The position numbers were made by a program, and so were the translations under genes. From the NCBI GenBank assembly GCA_964188305.1, contig OZ076892.1: DNA of 64,000 nt; one strand, given 5' to 3'. The stretch comes from Podarcis bocagei (Eukaryota). This document shows positions 36,101 through 49,400 of the stretch, one piece after another. Below the pieces are notes generated by a model. That model had not been told where the DNA came from. It ran no database searches and saw only the letters and a list, made by a program, of their open reading frames with translations. The first letter of the stretch is position 1; each line of letters opens with the position of its first letter.

Positions 36101-39100
36101 GGAGAAAAGATGAAGAAGCTGCCCTGGAACTGCCTTGCTTTTCCACCAACCATGTGGCAAAAGCGAAAAAAAGATCATAGGTGGGCAACTTGCAGGCCAA
36201 GAAACCAAGAATGGGTCTGCATGCAGCAAGAGGAGAAATTGGGACCAAGGTGGCAGAATGGACTGGACCCATTTAGAGGGCAGGCAGAGAATTGCATTTT
36301 TGAATGCACAAGACAAAATAAACCCCAGACACTAAGCAAATAGAATACTAGTGCAGCAGGAAGAGAAAAGAGGCAAAAGCCTTTTCCCAACGCTCTCTTA
36401 TTTTCCAGGACTTTCTGCATGCAGAGCAGGTGCTCTGCCGCTGAGCTGTGACCCTGCCCATTTGCAGACAGGAGCTTCCACCCACAGCCTGATATGGCGC
36501 TCTCTGCGCTCAGTCTCCTGCATGTGTGGACCAGGCCCTGGTCTTCTTGGCTGGGGACTGCAAGATGACAGCATCCCCTTGAAGAACACTCCTCTATTCT
36601 ATGCCTCCTATAAGGTCGCCAATGGTCACAGCATCTCAGTTGCATCTGGTCAATCTAGGGCTTTCCTCTGTCCCCTTCCATGAGGCTTCTAGCCTGTCCA
36701 GGTTCCTTGAAGTCACCCTCCTTGTGAAAAGGACTTACATAATACAGAGGCCAGCATGGCAAAACCCATTTAAAGGGGGGATGGGAGGGGCAGCGGCACA
36801 GCTGTACTGTTTGCACATAGAACGAACACTAAGCTGAAAGGCTCTCCACAGACGTTGGAGGGGATTTGATTGGCAAACAATTTTCTAAAAATATCCTGTG
36901 TGTCTTTAATGGACAGGCTGGTCAGTGGAGCAGTTAATATTCTGCTTTTCAATAAAGTAAGAAAGGTTAGAAGCCCATGAAATCCCATTTACCTGCACAG
37001 AGCTATAGATTCCTGAATCAGTGGCTAGAAAAATAAAGAGAGAGAGAGTTGCTTGATAAGCTGCAGCAGGCAGGCCATAATGGATTTTAAATGGATACAG
37101 AGGTGATTGACCTTTTCACCTCCTGGTGCTGGAGACCTCCGAGACCAAGCGGGGTTTGCATTTGCGCAAAGTGGAGCATTTCAATACTATTTTAAGAAGA
37201 AGAAGACGGTGACAACAGCTAATCAAAGCCAAGACGTAACATACAAGTTGTAATTTGGATGCAAATCAAAAAGGCTATTTAATTAAGAGCCTGCTAATTA
37301 GTACTGCGCTCCTCTAGTGCAAATGTTTTCGTTTGAGGTAAGAATTTATTCTCTGGGTATTTGCTTCCACGCTGCTCTGTTTACAGAGCACCCTTGGCTT
37401 CTCATGTTAAGACAGCCTTAGCATTAACGCACTCAGCTGATTGGGGGCTGAAATATATTTCCACGCAACCACGTGCAGGCCCACTGCCTCCAGATGTGAG
37501 CTGTGAGTGCAGCCACCCAAGGAACAGAATGGTGGTTGGCAACAGCTGCACCAGCACTCAGCTTGTGTTTGGCTTTCATTCCCAATATTAGGACACACCC
37601 CCATCTTGGACCAGCAGGCAGTTCTCTTGTGCCAGCTGTGTCCCCTGTGACTGCTGCCACTTCCTTTCCATAGAATCATAGAGTTGGAAGGGACCCCAAG
37701 AATCATCTAGTCCAACCGCCTCCATTGCAGGAATCAAAAGGAACAAGCACAGAGGGAGCAGGGGCTCCCACAGTGTGCTTCCTCTGCAGTCTGCTCCAAC
37801 CCTTCTGGCCACCCAGTGGCTTCTGAAGCTTGTGTGGCCCAAGGGTTGCTGTTCCCCACATTTTCCATGGCATGTTCTGCATTGGTGGCAGCCATGGGGA
37901 ATCTAACTTGCTTTAGTCACTGTAAAAACAAAAGAAGGTGGAAGCAGATGTTACTCCAGATTAAGAAGGATACTCAGTTTCTTGTGTATACACACACTAA
38001 AGCACAAAAGCCATCTTGTTTTGAAAACTAAAGCCAGATGAAACAGTGAGGATTGGGCCAACCAGTATTCTCTGAGAAGGATCTGAAGTGGCTTCTGGGA
38101 GGGATCCAGAAAGGGAACTTGCCTTCAAAAACATGGGCAGAAGTCCCCATTCTGATTTCCCTCCCTACAGTAAGGCCAAAAAAAAACCACAGCTGATTTT
38201 TCCTTCCAGAGATTGTTAAAAACCTACTACATTTTTGATTTTTGATTACCTATTGCTTTTTCTACGCAGACTTTGCCATAGCACACATCCCCAGAACAGT
38301 TTGAATCTCTTAAGTATTTAAAGAAGCACCGAGTCGTCTCTGTTGCCCTCCCATCTCCACCCTAGCTTTTGTGGAAGATCAGATGTGTGTCCTTTCTACC
38401 ACCTGCCCTATTTCCCAAAATTTTTCTNNNNNNNNNNNNNNNNNNNNNNNNNNNNNNNNNNNNNNNNNNNNNNNNNNNNNNNNNNNNNNNNNNNNNNNNN
38501 NNNNNNNNNNNNNNNNNNNNNNNNNNNNNNNNNNNNNNNNNNNNNNNNNNNNNNNNNNNNNNNNNNNNNNNNNNNNNNNNNNNNNNNNNNNNCTCTATGG
38601 CTGCCCTGCCAGTGCATCAATTTCCCAAGCAAATGGGCCACAGATGCTCAGTCGATATAAACATGAGGCAAAACAGCAGGCGGTTGCCAGTTGGCTCCCA
38701 GCCAAGCAGTGGAACCACCAACGTGTGTGTACGTGTGTTAACAAACGGCCTTTGGCAATCCATCACCTGGGCACGATCCCAGATCATTCTGGCCTGATGA
38801 GCAACTGCGATATCCGCCTGGCTGACACAAGGAGCGTCTCTGTCCTCTTGCCGAGGCTTCCTCATTCCAATGGACACGGCACAGGAGGAACGGGGGAAAG
38901 AGCGACGTACTAGGAAATGAAGTAATGAATGAGGAAGCTGATTTGAGCCAGGAATCCTCAGCACAGCCACACTCTTGGCCCTTCAAGCTCCAGCCATCCT
39001 GTGGGAAGACAGGCTATTTCCACCGACCCGGAGGATTCCAGGCAAAAGTCTCTAGAATTAGGATGCAGAGTGAATCACCACCTAGACCCCTCCTTTGAAA

Positions 39101-42100
39101 ATGCTATTACTATGACTTCTTCTCAGCAGCTGTTGCTTCAGCCCTGCTGAACAAAAATCGCTTTTCACATGTTAACTGTCTGGAAGGGACCGGGGGCGGG
39201 GGGGTGCAAATCAGAAAGTCTCCATCGGCTCTCAAGCAGAAGCGATCGATGGCTAACCCACATGCTCAGAGGACCACAATCAAATGTCATTATTTGTGAG
39301 GTTCTACTTGACTTCACACCACACACCCTTCCCCCCCCCTCGCAGAAAAGGTGCTATCGATTGCTTCACGTCAGATGAGAAGGGCAATCAGAGAAGATTG
39401 CAGCATGAAAAAAACCCTTTGGCATTTTATATTAAAACAATAGGGGTCTTCGTATAAACATGGACACAAAACCTTTTAAAAATACACAGTGGCCTTTATG
39501 ATAAAAAAATCATTGAAAGCTAACAAGATACGAAGCTGACAGCACCAGGAAGAAGCTGAAGCTATCGGCTAATATGCAATCCAGCCAGGGGCTATGAAAA
39601 ATACATCTTCTTTCAGGGACTGCAACCAGGGCTGTAGCAGGGACAGAAAAAAATGCTTTGTGGAAGGCAAGCAGAGAGGAGACTTCTGCCTTCATGTCTT
39701 GCTACGAGGAAAGCACAAGGGGCAAAAGAATGAGAGTGGAGAACCAGTATGTGAGATGAGGACCAGGGAGATCTGGATTTACTCCTCATTCAGCTATTAA
39801 GCTCACTTGGTGACCAGAGACTAGTCACTCACTCTCAGCCTAACCTACCTCCCAGGGCTGTTGGGAAAGTAAGATGGGAGACAGCCAAGTACACCACCTT
39901 GAGCTGCTTGAAGGAAATGTGGGATAAAAATGGAACCAACAAGCCTTGAGATCCCAATTTAACAGACAGCAATTTAATAGTCCAAGGTGGTGGTGGTGTG
40001 GAGACCCTGCCCTCCTCTTCTTCAGAACGAGACAAGACTATAGAGAAGGTGGAGAAGAAGGTAGGACCTCTTCCACCCAATACTGCTGCATCCTAAGGAT
40101 GTAGGACCTCCTCTCTGGCCCACAGAATCTGTGCAAGTCTGCTTCAGACTCAACCAATTCCTGCACAGAGTGCTTGTCTGTGCATAACAGTGATGCATGT
40201 CTCCATGTGGCCAAATGTATTTGTCACAGGGAAGTGCTGCCAACAAATCAGCTGAGCCTCTTTCCAAGAGGAACAGGTGAGCTCAGGGGCGGGGTCCTGA
40301 CACTTCTAGAGCAAAAGGGTAAGCGAAGTCACAGGCCTTTCATCCTTCCAAACACTTGTCAAGAGCTTGCCGTTCCTGTGGTATCTCAAATGGATTTGCC
40401 AGTGCAGCCCAAGGTTCTTTGGCATAGGCTTAAAAGAGTTATCTACTGTCCTGGCCCAGAAAATAAATGTGTCTCCAAAAATACCACAATTTTTTTTGTT
40501 ATTTACTAGCATCTCCCTCCCTACACTAAACTTTCCTTTTACTCAGCACAAACCCATTTATCAGCTTCTGAGTGTTATGACAATTTGAAACTACATAGAC
40601 AAGAACTACTTGTAAATCACAAACGGCTCTTTTACAGCCTCTGGCTGGCAGCTAAGTAAATATTCCTAATGCAACCCTCCCGCACAACTTACAGCTGCAA
40701 AGCGACACAGCCAGGTTTTCTTTAGTCATGCGGATTTCTTGTGGAGTGGGTTTATATTTCTTCTTTTGGCACTTTAAGGAAAACAGGTGCTCACTAAATA
40801 ACATTTATATTCATAATTAAGTCAGAGAAAAATGCCAAGGTGTTCTAGCTAGAAAACAGATCATGACAAGGAAGGGGAAAACTCAAATTGGAGAACACCA
40901 GCCTAGGGCAAGACTAGGAAGTGTATGTGAGAGAGACAAGTGATATTTTCCCCTCCTCTATTATATACCCAGTAATATAGTCTTCATTTGGTGTGATGAT
41001 GCAGGTGAGGGTGACCAGCTAGGATGGACTAAGCACCATCAAAGTTTAAGGAGCAAATGTTGTCTGTGTTTGGGACACTGAGGTTATTGGATCTTAAAAC
41101 TGCAAACACCAGAAGTTAAGGAATTCAAACAAGACTTGATCTCCAGAGCAAATAAGATTAGCCAGCATGTTTTGCAAGAATGGAGCACCTTAGCTGATGA
41201 GCAAAGAGCCATGGACCAGGATCCCCATCCAGAATGAAAGCTCATATTGAATGGAGCACTTATGAATCTGTAATATGTAGAGGGAAATGCTCACAGACAT
41301 GGAAAGGAACCTGGGTTTTGTGAACTTTGTCCACCATTGCTATTACCACAGAATGTGGAACCTTCTTGAAACTTACTTCATTCATCACGGGCTGGAGGAA
41401 AGAGAGCCAAGAACAGACAGCCACTGTCCCTGCCTTAAAAGACCTAAAAATAAACAAACTGGCTTGTGACGACTGTTTGGATACACCTGATCAAGTGCAG
41501 TCCCGTTTAGATAGGTTGAACTCCACTACAATCCCAAGAGGTGCACTCTTTTTGTCGTCACAGCTTTGAATTCACAGCTTTGGGGATGCAGTTCTGGCTC
41601 TAAGGAAGCTAATGACAATACTGCATTCCCTTGGGCCAAGCACAGCCAGGCATCTGAATCAAACGGCTGATTATGAGTCACTGAGGAGACCCAACAATTG
41701 CCCATGACAAGCTCCAGTGGATCCAATGCAATGTGGGATCAGCTCATGGCTGGAATTCCGGCGCCACTTACAATTTATGCATTAGGACTCACATTTTTGC
41801 AATGAAACCAACATCTGTAATTCCTAACACACAATTTTGCAAAGAAATCAGCTTTTGTAACTCCTAACACCCAATATCAACAATACTGAGATGGAAACTG
41901 AAGGCAGTGAAACAGAGATTGTACAACAATTTCACCTTGGGAGCATTTCAAGTATCTGCAAATCGAAAGCATAACATTATTATTATTATTATTATTATTA
42001 TATTATTATTATTATTATTATTAAGCTGGCTTGGGGTTGTAATTAATGTCTGAGCATGAGAAGAATTTGAACAAATTTCAACCCCAGCTCTCTCTCTGAG

Positions 42101-45100
42101 CGTTGTTAATGGCTGTTCTGTCCACTAATTCTGTGCTCCAATTTTGCCCACATCAACCACAGACGACATGAGCGGCAGGAAGGCAAATGAATTTTTAATC
42201 ATCTCTCTGATGTACAGTATAATTGCTGACTTTTATCAACTAGCAGTTAAACAAAGACTTAGAAAGGAATAAACATTCCTTAATTGCACGTCTGCCACTG
42301 CTCACAGGAGGATAACCTTGGGAATGAGTAACTGGTCCCCATTATCTCAGCTAAGCACACACAGAAAGGCAGACATGTAGCAAGAGGCTCAGGTCAAAAA
42401 TAAATGCTTCTCAACATCAGTTTGTGTGCTAGATACTTAAAACACAGCATAAAAACAATTAAATTTATCCGAGTTCTCATCTTTGTATAAACTATGGCGG
42501 CGGGGTGGGTTCTACCCTCTCCTGCTTCCAAATGCAACGGTCCTCCCACCATCACAAAAGGCCTATTCTCTCAAGAAAGCTAGGTAAGAAGATCCTGAGA
42601 GGACATGAAGGAGAGAAACAGAAATCTAAGAATTAAAAATACTAACAGGATTGGCACCAATGCTAAGCTTCACCAATGCAGCATCTCCATTGCCAGAGCA
42701 GCTTGGCAAGTGCAGCTGGAGGAAGGCTGTGACCAGATGGAAACTGGATGAGAGAGTGGATATGGGAACCTTTCCTGCAGCTACCCCCACTCTCTCTCCT
42801 TTGTCCCCCCTTCTAGCAGGTGAAAACAATTTGGTTCAGGTGGGCTTTCCATTCATTTTGGTATTTGAAGCTGATTAACTATTATGCTGCTTCTGTTTTT
42901 TTGCATTTAATTTTATTTACATGTTTACTTTTTGATTCTTTTATTGTAATTTTAATGCTGCCAGCCACCTTGAACACTGCTTTGGTAAATGTAGACGGGA
43001 TGGAGGATGGAGGAAAGGAAAGACGCAGCTAAAAAGAGGAGAGCAGCCAATGGAGAGAAAGAGAGAGTGGAGAACAAAGCCACTTTGTGAGAAGCAGCAG
43101 AGATCAGATTGCCCTAGAGTTTGATGCATTTTTGAAGGGCGTTCTGTAATTTATGGTGTGTATTTGTGGCCCATCAGAGCAAGACAGGGCTTGGTCCTTG
43201 GCCTCATCCCACTTCTTTTGGTGCGCTGGATACTAGGACCCCTGGAATCGGGTGCTGGGTGAGGCGTAAGCAGGTTTCAAAAGAACTTATTTCTGTAGTG
43301 GTTGAATGACAATGTGCTGGGAAGCCTGGCAACATCTAACAGTGGAGGCAGGAGGGGAGGGTCTCCTTATGCCAGCACAAGAAGCTCAGCACCCTGACCA
43401 GCTGCCTCTGTGCAGCAGAGCACAGAATTGGAAGCAAGCTACATTTTATTCATCCGTAGAAAGATGATCCACTCCTCCGCACTGCACGATCAAAGCTGCT
43501 GCCTGCAATATTTCTTCTGCTCAAAATTATTCTCTCTCGCTCTTAACTAAAGTCTAAACTCTGGGGCATTTGACAACTGGCAATGCCAAAAGTCTGGCAG
43601 GCTGATTATACCCTTCAAAGTGAGGCAGATTTATGCTGCTGTGGCTATTGGTGGTTCTGACAAGAGTGGCGGCGGCAATTTCTGAGATTATGGTTATTAT
43701 CATTTTACATAGTTACACTTTACATACTGTTTCTTAACAGGGCAGACCAAGCCTCTCCAAACCACCCTCCAAGCCCCTGGTTCTTTCTTTACCCTCTCCT
43801 TGATGCTGCCTAGCACTTTCCTCTGATGCTCCCAGAGGCTGCGGGTGCCCAGCTCCACCTGCTGTGCTTCCGGGGGATGCTGTGCAGGCATATGCTCCAC
43901 CAGAAGGAACATGACAGCAGCCAGGACTAGACAGAGACAGTCACAAAGAGCAGCAGGCACATGCACAGGCAATGGCCTCCTGAGCACCACTCTGGAAGGT
44001 GGGCTAGCTTGATCTGTACCCCCTTAACATATCCCCAAAACCATGGCTTGCATTAAACAAAAATGAAGATGGAGCAAAAGTCGACATTTTGATGATCTGA
44101 GTTTCTCTTCTGGGAGTGATGGGTGTATTTCCATGGGAGGAGGAAGACAAACATGCAGGAGAGAAGGAAGGAGGGAGGGAGGATTTTCAATTACCTGGCT
44201 GAATTGCTCCCAGGAATTGCTCCAGGTCCAGTAATGGGCCTTATAAGGCCCAACCCGTATTGCCATCATCTCGTTGCCACGGTAATAAAATATTGGCCTG
44301 ATGGAAAGAGGGAAGGACAACAAGAGAGATGTACAGCCGCATGAGAAATGTAACGTGTCCAAACAAGCGGCTTCCCTCGCTTTTGGCAGCCACACAGATA
44401 AGGGAGACAAACACTTTAATGGAGCCTGGCTGGCAACTCAGCTATCACTCAGGAGCAGGTTGCCTTCTAATAGCCTCCACCGCAAGGTTTTCAATTAGCA
44501 TTTTTTAAAGCGTCCATCAAGGCGAGAGTCTGAGTTTGCGTAAGCAAGAATGAAATGTTATGCAAGTCATCTTGCTGGCAATTGTTAATCCTTGAACTAC
44601 CAGACTATGTAATTTCACACAGAGCCTGATGGCTTAAAATACTCCAAAAGAGGGGGCACCTGTGTGATGGGAGCTGCAAAGGGTACAGGAAGCCGAAGTC
44701 TTCAGCTAACGGCCCTGGAAAGCCAGACTGTACAAGTGTGCTGCGAACACTGGCAAACCAATCACAGAAAGGGGAATTTTGAGCAGAACGGACAAATAAT
44801 TATCTTGATATCTGCCATGTGAGGGACATCCTGTGCCCTACACCACCTTGAAACTACATTAGGGCGGGTGACAAAAATGTAGAGGAAAGGGATGCAAAAG
44901 ATGTAAGGGAAAATTTCCCCACCCAGATATTTTCAGCGCACACAATGTGCACCAGCTGTTATTTTAAAGGAGGTTCATACTGGACCAGTACGAAGTCTAT
45001 TAGCAATGAAGAAAATTCAGTGGGGAGGTCTGCATTAATTCACATTTTCAGGATGGTTTCCAGAAAATAGCAGAAGGGTCTGGTATAGTTTTTGCCCTTC

Positions 45101-46408
45101 ACCTCATGTCCTGCCACTGACTCTCCCTATCCAGTACTTCTTATTACTTGCATATGAACATTTGTTCCTAATTAGAGAGGACAAATATAATTGACATTGT
45201 ATTATGGGTGTATATGTGAAGCTGCCTTATATCAGTCAAAATCACTGTAAATTGCCCTGTGATCTTCGGATGAAGGGCGGTATAGAAAATTTAATTAATT
45301 AATTGTAATAAATCAGAGCACTAGTCCATCAAACCCAGTACTGTATACTACGCTGACCGGCAGTGGCTCTCCAGGGTTTTAGACAGTTCTCTCAGTCCTA
45401 CTTGGAGATGCTGAAGATTAAAGCTAGGACTTTCTGCATGCAATATGTGCTCTGCCAGGGAGCTAGAGTCAGTACAATAGCATTACTTTAAAACACCCAA
45501 CCCAGCAGCCAAAAAACCTGACCCATTCTTAAAATAAGAGGCTCTAAAAATATCCAACTTTTTCTGCTCCACACCAGTAATTGGAGGAGTCAAGGGATGG
45601 AAAGCCGCGAGTGTGATGTTCATAACTCACCTGTCAATTAACTTGCCTTGCAGGATGACAGGCGAAAGGTCGATTCCGTCGATCTGTCTGTCACTGGGAG
45701 GCTGCAGTCCTGCCAATGCGAGGCTGGTGGTGAAGAGATCCATCACGCTTGCCAGCTGATGACTCACCTGTCATTGACAAGACAAGAGCATTTGCAAAAC
45801 AATCAAAGCTAGCAGACCCAGAGTTGAGGAAGCTTCTGCTTCCAATGATGAGGTCTTAAGAATAGTCTCATCACCTTCCAAGATATGCAGTTCAGGGTTT
45901 GATTCTGGATTCTACTCCAGGCAGTTGGGTAAAAAGCTTGTGTTTAGGAAGCTTTTTCTCAGTTATCACCTATACTGGAAGCTGCTTACCAGGGTTTCAA
46001 ACCAGGTCTTTCCAGCCCCTACCTAGAAGTACTGAGGAAAAGCAGCCTGGAATCTTTTGCATGCAAAGTATGTGCTCTAAAACTCAGCAATGGCCCTTCC
46101 CTGGAGGGAAACTAAGAATCCTCATGATTCTGAAGGAAGGAATTATTAAAATAGGATCACCGGAAGCTGCCTTTTATCAGATTCAACAGTGACTGACAAC
46201 GGCTTTCTGGGATTTCAGACGGGTCTGTTTCCCCATCCTACATGGAGATTCCAGGAATTGAACCCAGAGCCTTCTGCATGCAATACATGCTTTCTAACCT
46301 ACAGCCATGTACCAGCATTATTTCATTTTTACAACTAAAATTTTGTTTTACAGCTAAAATTTTATTCTGTGAACCACCCTGAGACCTCTAGGTATAGGGC
46401 ACTATATA

Positions 46409-46440
<32 letters not shown>

Positions 46441-49400
46441 GCCAAGTACCAAACTACGTGGCCCAAGTGTCTTTGGGGGAGGGAGTGTAATCATCCCACC
46501 TCTTGTCCTCTGTACAGTGGTGCCTCGCAAGACGAAAAGAATTCGTTCTGCGAGTCTTTTTGTCTTGCGATGTTTTTTGTCTTGCGAAGCACAGTCCGTC
46601 GCAACTGCGCTTCTTCAAGCGGTTTTTTTAAAAAAGCGCAAGACGTTTTCGTCTTGCGAAGCAAGCCCATAGGGAAATTCGTCTAGCGAAGCAACGCAAG
46701 AACGGAAAACCCTTTCGTCTAGCGAGTTTTTCGTCTTGCGAGGCATTCGTCTTGCGGGGCACCACTGTACTTGTTCTTTGAACTCTTAGACCCAGAGAAG
46801 CCGGGTGCTGGGCCTACCAGCAGAGGTTTGCTAAGATACCTAAAGGAAGCTGCAGAAGAAGTAAAGTTGCACACTCACCAGTTTCAGAGCAGCATGTGAT
46901 TTAGAATTTTTGGACACATTCTCATGATTGAGATGATATATAAGTTTAAAATAATACAGGTAAGTGATGAAGTGTAGTATGGTGGTGGAGCTTTTCAGGG
47001 CGATGAGAAAAGGATACTTCTATACAATATGGTAGTAGTTGGAACCTGCATATTGTTTTTATGGGTTCATGTTTACAGTTATATATTTCAAAAAATAAAT
47101 TTAAAAAGACCCTTGCAGAGCAGCAATCAAGGTCGAAGGCTTTTGGAAGCAGCTGCTGAGCCCAACAGGAGCAGCATTTCTCCAAGCTGGGCTCCTGTGG
47201 ACCATGTGATGCTGTAAATTCTCCAAGCTGCATTTGGGCTGGAAGGGTAGCGGCAGGGGGAAGAGGTGAATGGTTTAAGGTCACTTTTTTAACACAACAT
47301 TGTGGGTAAACTCAAAGAGCCTTTGATTTCTGTCCTGAATCAATAGACTGGCCAGTAGGGAGCTGCCAGTGACTTCCTTGTACCTGCCCCTCGCTATTAA
47401 ACAGAGCCCGGAGTGCAGGCAGCTCACTTTAAATGGCCAATTACATCCGTGGTCTTGCACGCTGTTCTCTCTGCGTAAAGGGGGAGAAAACTTCTTAAAA
47501 GAAATTAAACGTCAGTGTTACAGCCACTTGGTTTTATCTGTAGCACCACATTAAAGAGAAGAACCGGAGGGGGGGAAGTGGGGCAGGGAGGAGGTTACGA
47601 TTTTTATATAAACTTTGAAGTATTTTCAGAGGAGAAATAAGGTTGGGGGGGATTTAGTATTTTCTTGCGTTGACAGCACGCTTTCATTTTGCTTGCAATT
47701 CCTGTAACAAATGGGGGGGGGGAGGAAGGATATTCTAGAGAGTAACAGCCCAGTGAAAAATAAATAATGAAAAACAGAGGAGCAAGATCAGATATTTCCA
47801 GTATCAGCAAGGAACAGCCGGTATTCCGCAAGTAAAGAAGAGGTTGTGTGTTTTTTTTTAAAAAAATGATATATATATATATATATATACTCTCGGCATA
47901 CACAGAATGTCTTTAAGAAAATGAAATCCTTTTTGCTCTGGGCCACATTGCGAGAAGAAATAGCCAGCGCCAGCGTTATCAGTGCTTTCAAGCTCTAACT
48001 CTGAATCAAAGGCGACAATTAATAAAGTTGCCCCCGCCAGGAATGGAAAGGGGGAAAGCTAAATATTTGAAACTGGGTGAACAAATGTCAGGGTGTTTTT
48101 AAATAAAATCCTTTTACATTTATCACAGCAAGCAGACCTGATATCCCTGTCTAATTCAATTTCAATTTGTGCCCTGTGGGAGATAGTGAAGAAAAGGTTG
48201 CACTGCTGTCTTTGGGTTGATATGTTCTTTTCTCCTTCAGGGAGCAGAACCAGGGAGGTGGGAAGAGGGGAGTGCGCGGAGGGGGGGGGGGAGAGCTGTG
48301 GCGGTGGTGGGAGGGGAAGAGAAAGGAAAGGAAAGGAGGGGGCACAGAGCAAACAGAGGATTCAAAGAACAGCAGAATACAGATTCCTGCCAGCAGGATG
48401 CTTCTAGAAGGCAGAGGCAGCATGGCAAAATGTTTAAAGTTTGTTTTCGCTGGTTATGAATCCACCTGGAAAATTCAGCCAAGACTTTTGGGTAGTGGGG
48501 AGAGCAAGAAATCCAGAAAGAGTGCTTGTTTATGTTCCACAACCTAAAACAGTATGGGCAAAAAACCCTATGAAAACTGACACTATGAAAACTAAGTAAG
48601 GAGGAAGCTTCTGGTTCAGAAAACTCTCCTCCAGAACTAACCCAAAAAAACAAAATCACCCACTATTCTCTCATTCCAATTCTGCTGTACCATGTTCCTT
48701 TATTCTTATATTTAACACACTTTCTTCAGTTTGACTAATGTATGTATACTTAGTACATTCCCCATGTCCACTCTGTTTGCACACTTCAGAATCTTGACAT
48801 GCATATTGACCTTCTGAGAACTTCTGCTTTCATTTGAAGCAGTTTCTAGCCCTCATGTTTGAGAGTATAATGAGGAATGTCTGTAGAAAGCTTTAAAATG
48901 CCATCTTAAGACAAGATTACGAAAGTTCTCACATGGCAGGGCAGCTAATGCCTTCTCATACCCAAGCTATTTATCCCCTCTTCTATTGTTTTGCAATGTG
49001 CTAGTAGTTGCCAGAATATTCCAAATACTGCAAATATAAATATATCCAGATTTGCAGTCTGCATCACACAGTACATCATTTAAAAGGCATATATCAATTG
49101 AGTTTCCTTTGGTACAATGAACACACAGCTCCATCTTTAACAGACACATGTGCTGCTGCTTCTGCTGCTGTTATTGTTTAAAAATGGTTTATAAAGCTCC
49201 ACAGCTGGAGAGGAGGCAGGCTTGTTTGTCTGTCTGTGAATATCAGAGTTTGTCATGTAACAAAAAATATCAGCTCACAAACCATTCATTTGGGCAAAAA
49301 AGAGTTCATGTCAAAGGCTGCAATCCAAGACAGAGACAGGAGTACTTAAACCCACTGGTCTCTGGGGACTAAGTGTACCCAAAATGATGTTGGAATGTAG

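Noticed and set aside
38343-38913. Long ORFs of 105-180 aa
   Set aside because: They are open only because they span the 165-N gap.
41640-41760. Parvoviral VP1 PLA2 motif (AHDK) downstream of the putative NS1 fossil
   Set aside because: Only HDK matches; no YLGPG calcium loop or downstream Y/D residues, so it is not counted as support.
24882-44194. Nested protein-coding gene in the long GALNS introns 11-12
   Set aside because: I found no set of phase-compatible exons with a recognisable protein on either strand. A lncRNA cannot be excluded without RNA data.
46515-46767. CRISPR-like array of cgtcttgcga repeats
   Set aside because: Eukaryotic DNA, irregular spacing, enclosed by TIRs and a TA TSD; these are MITE internal repeats.
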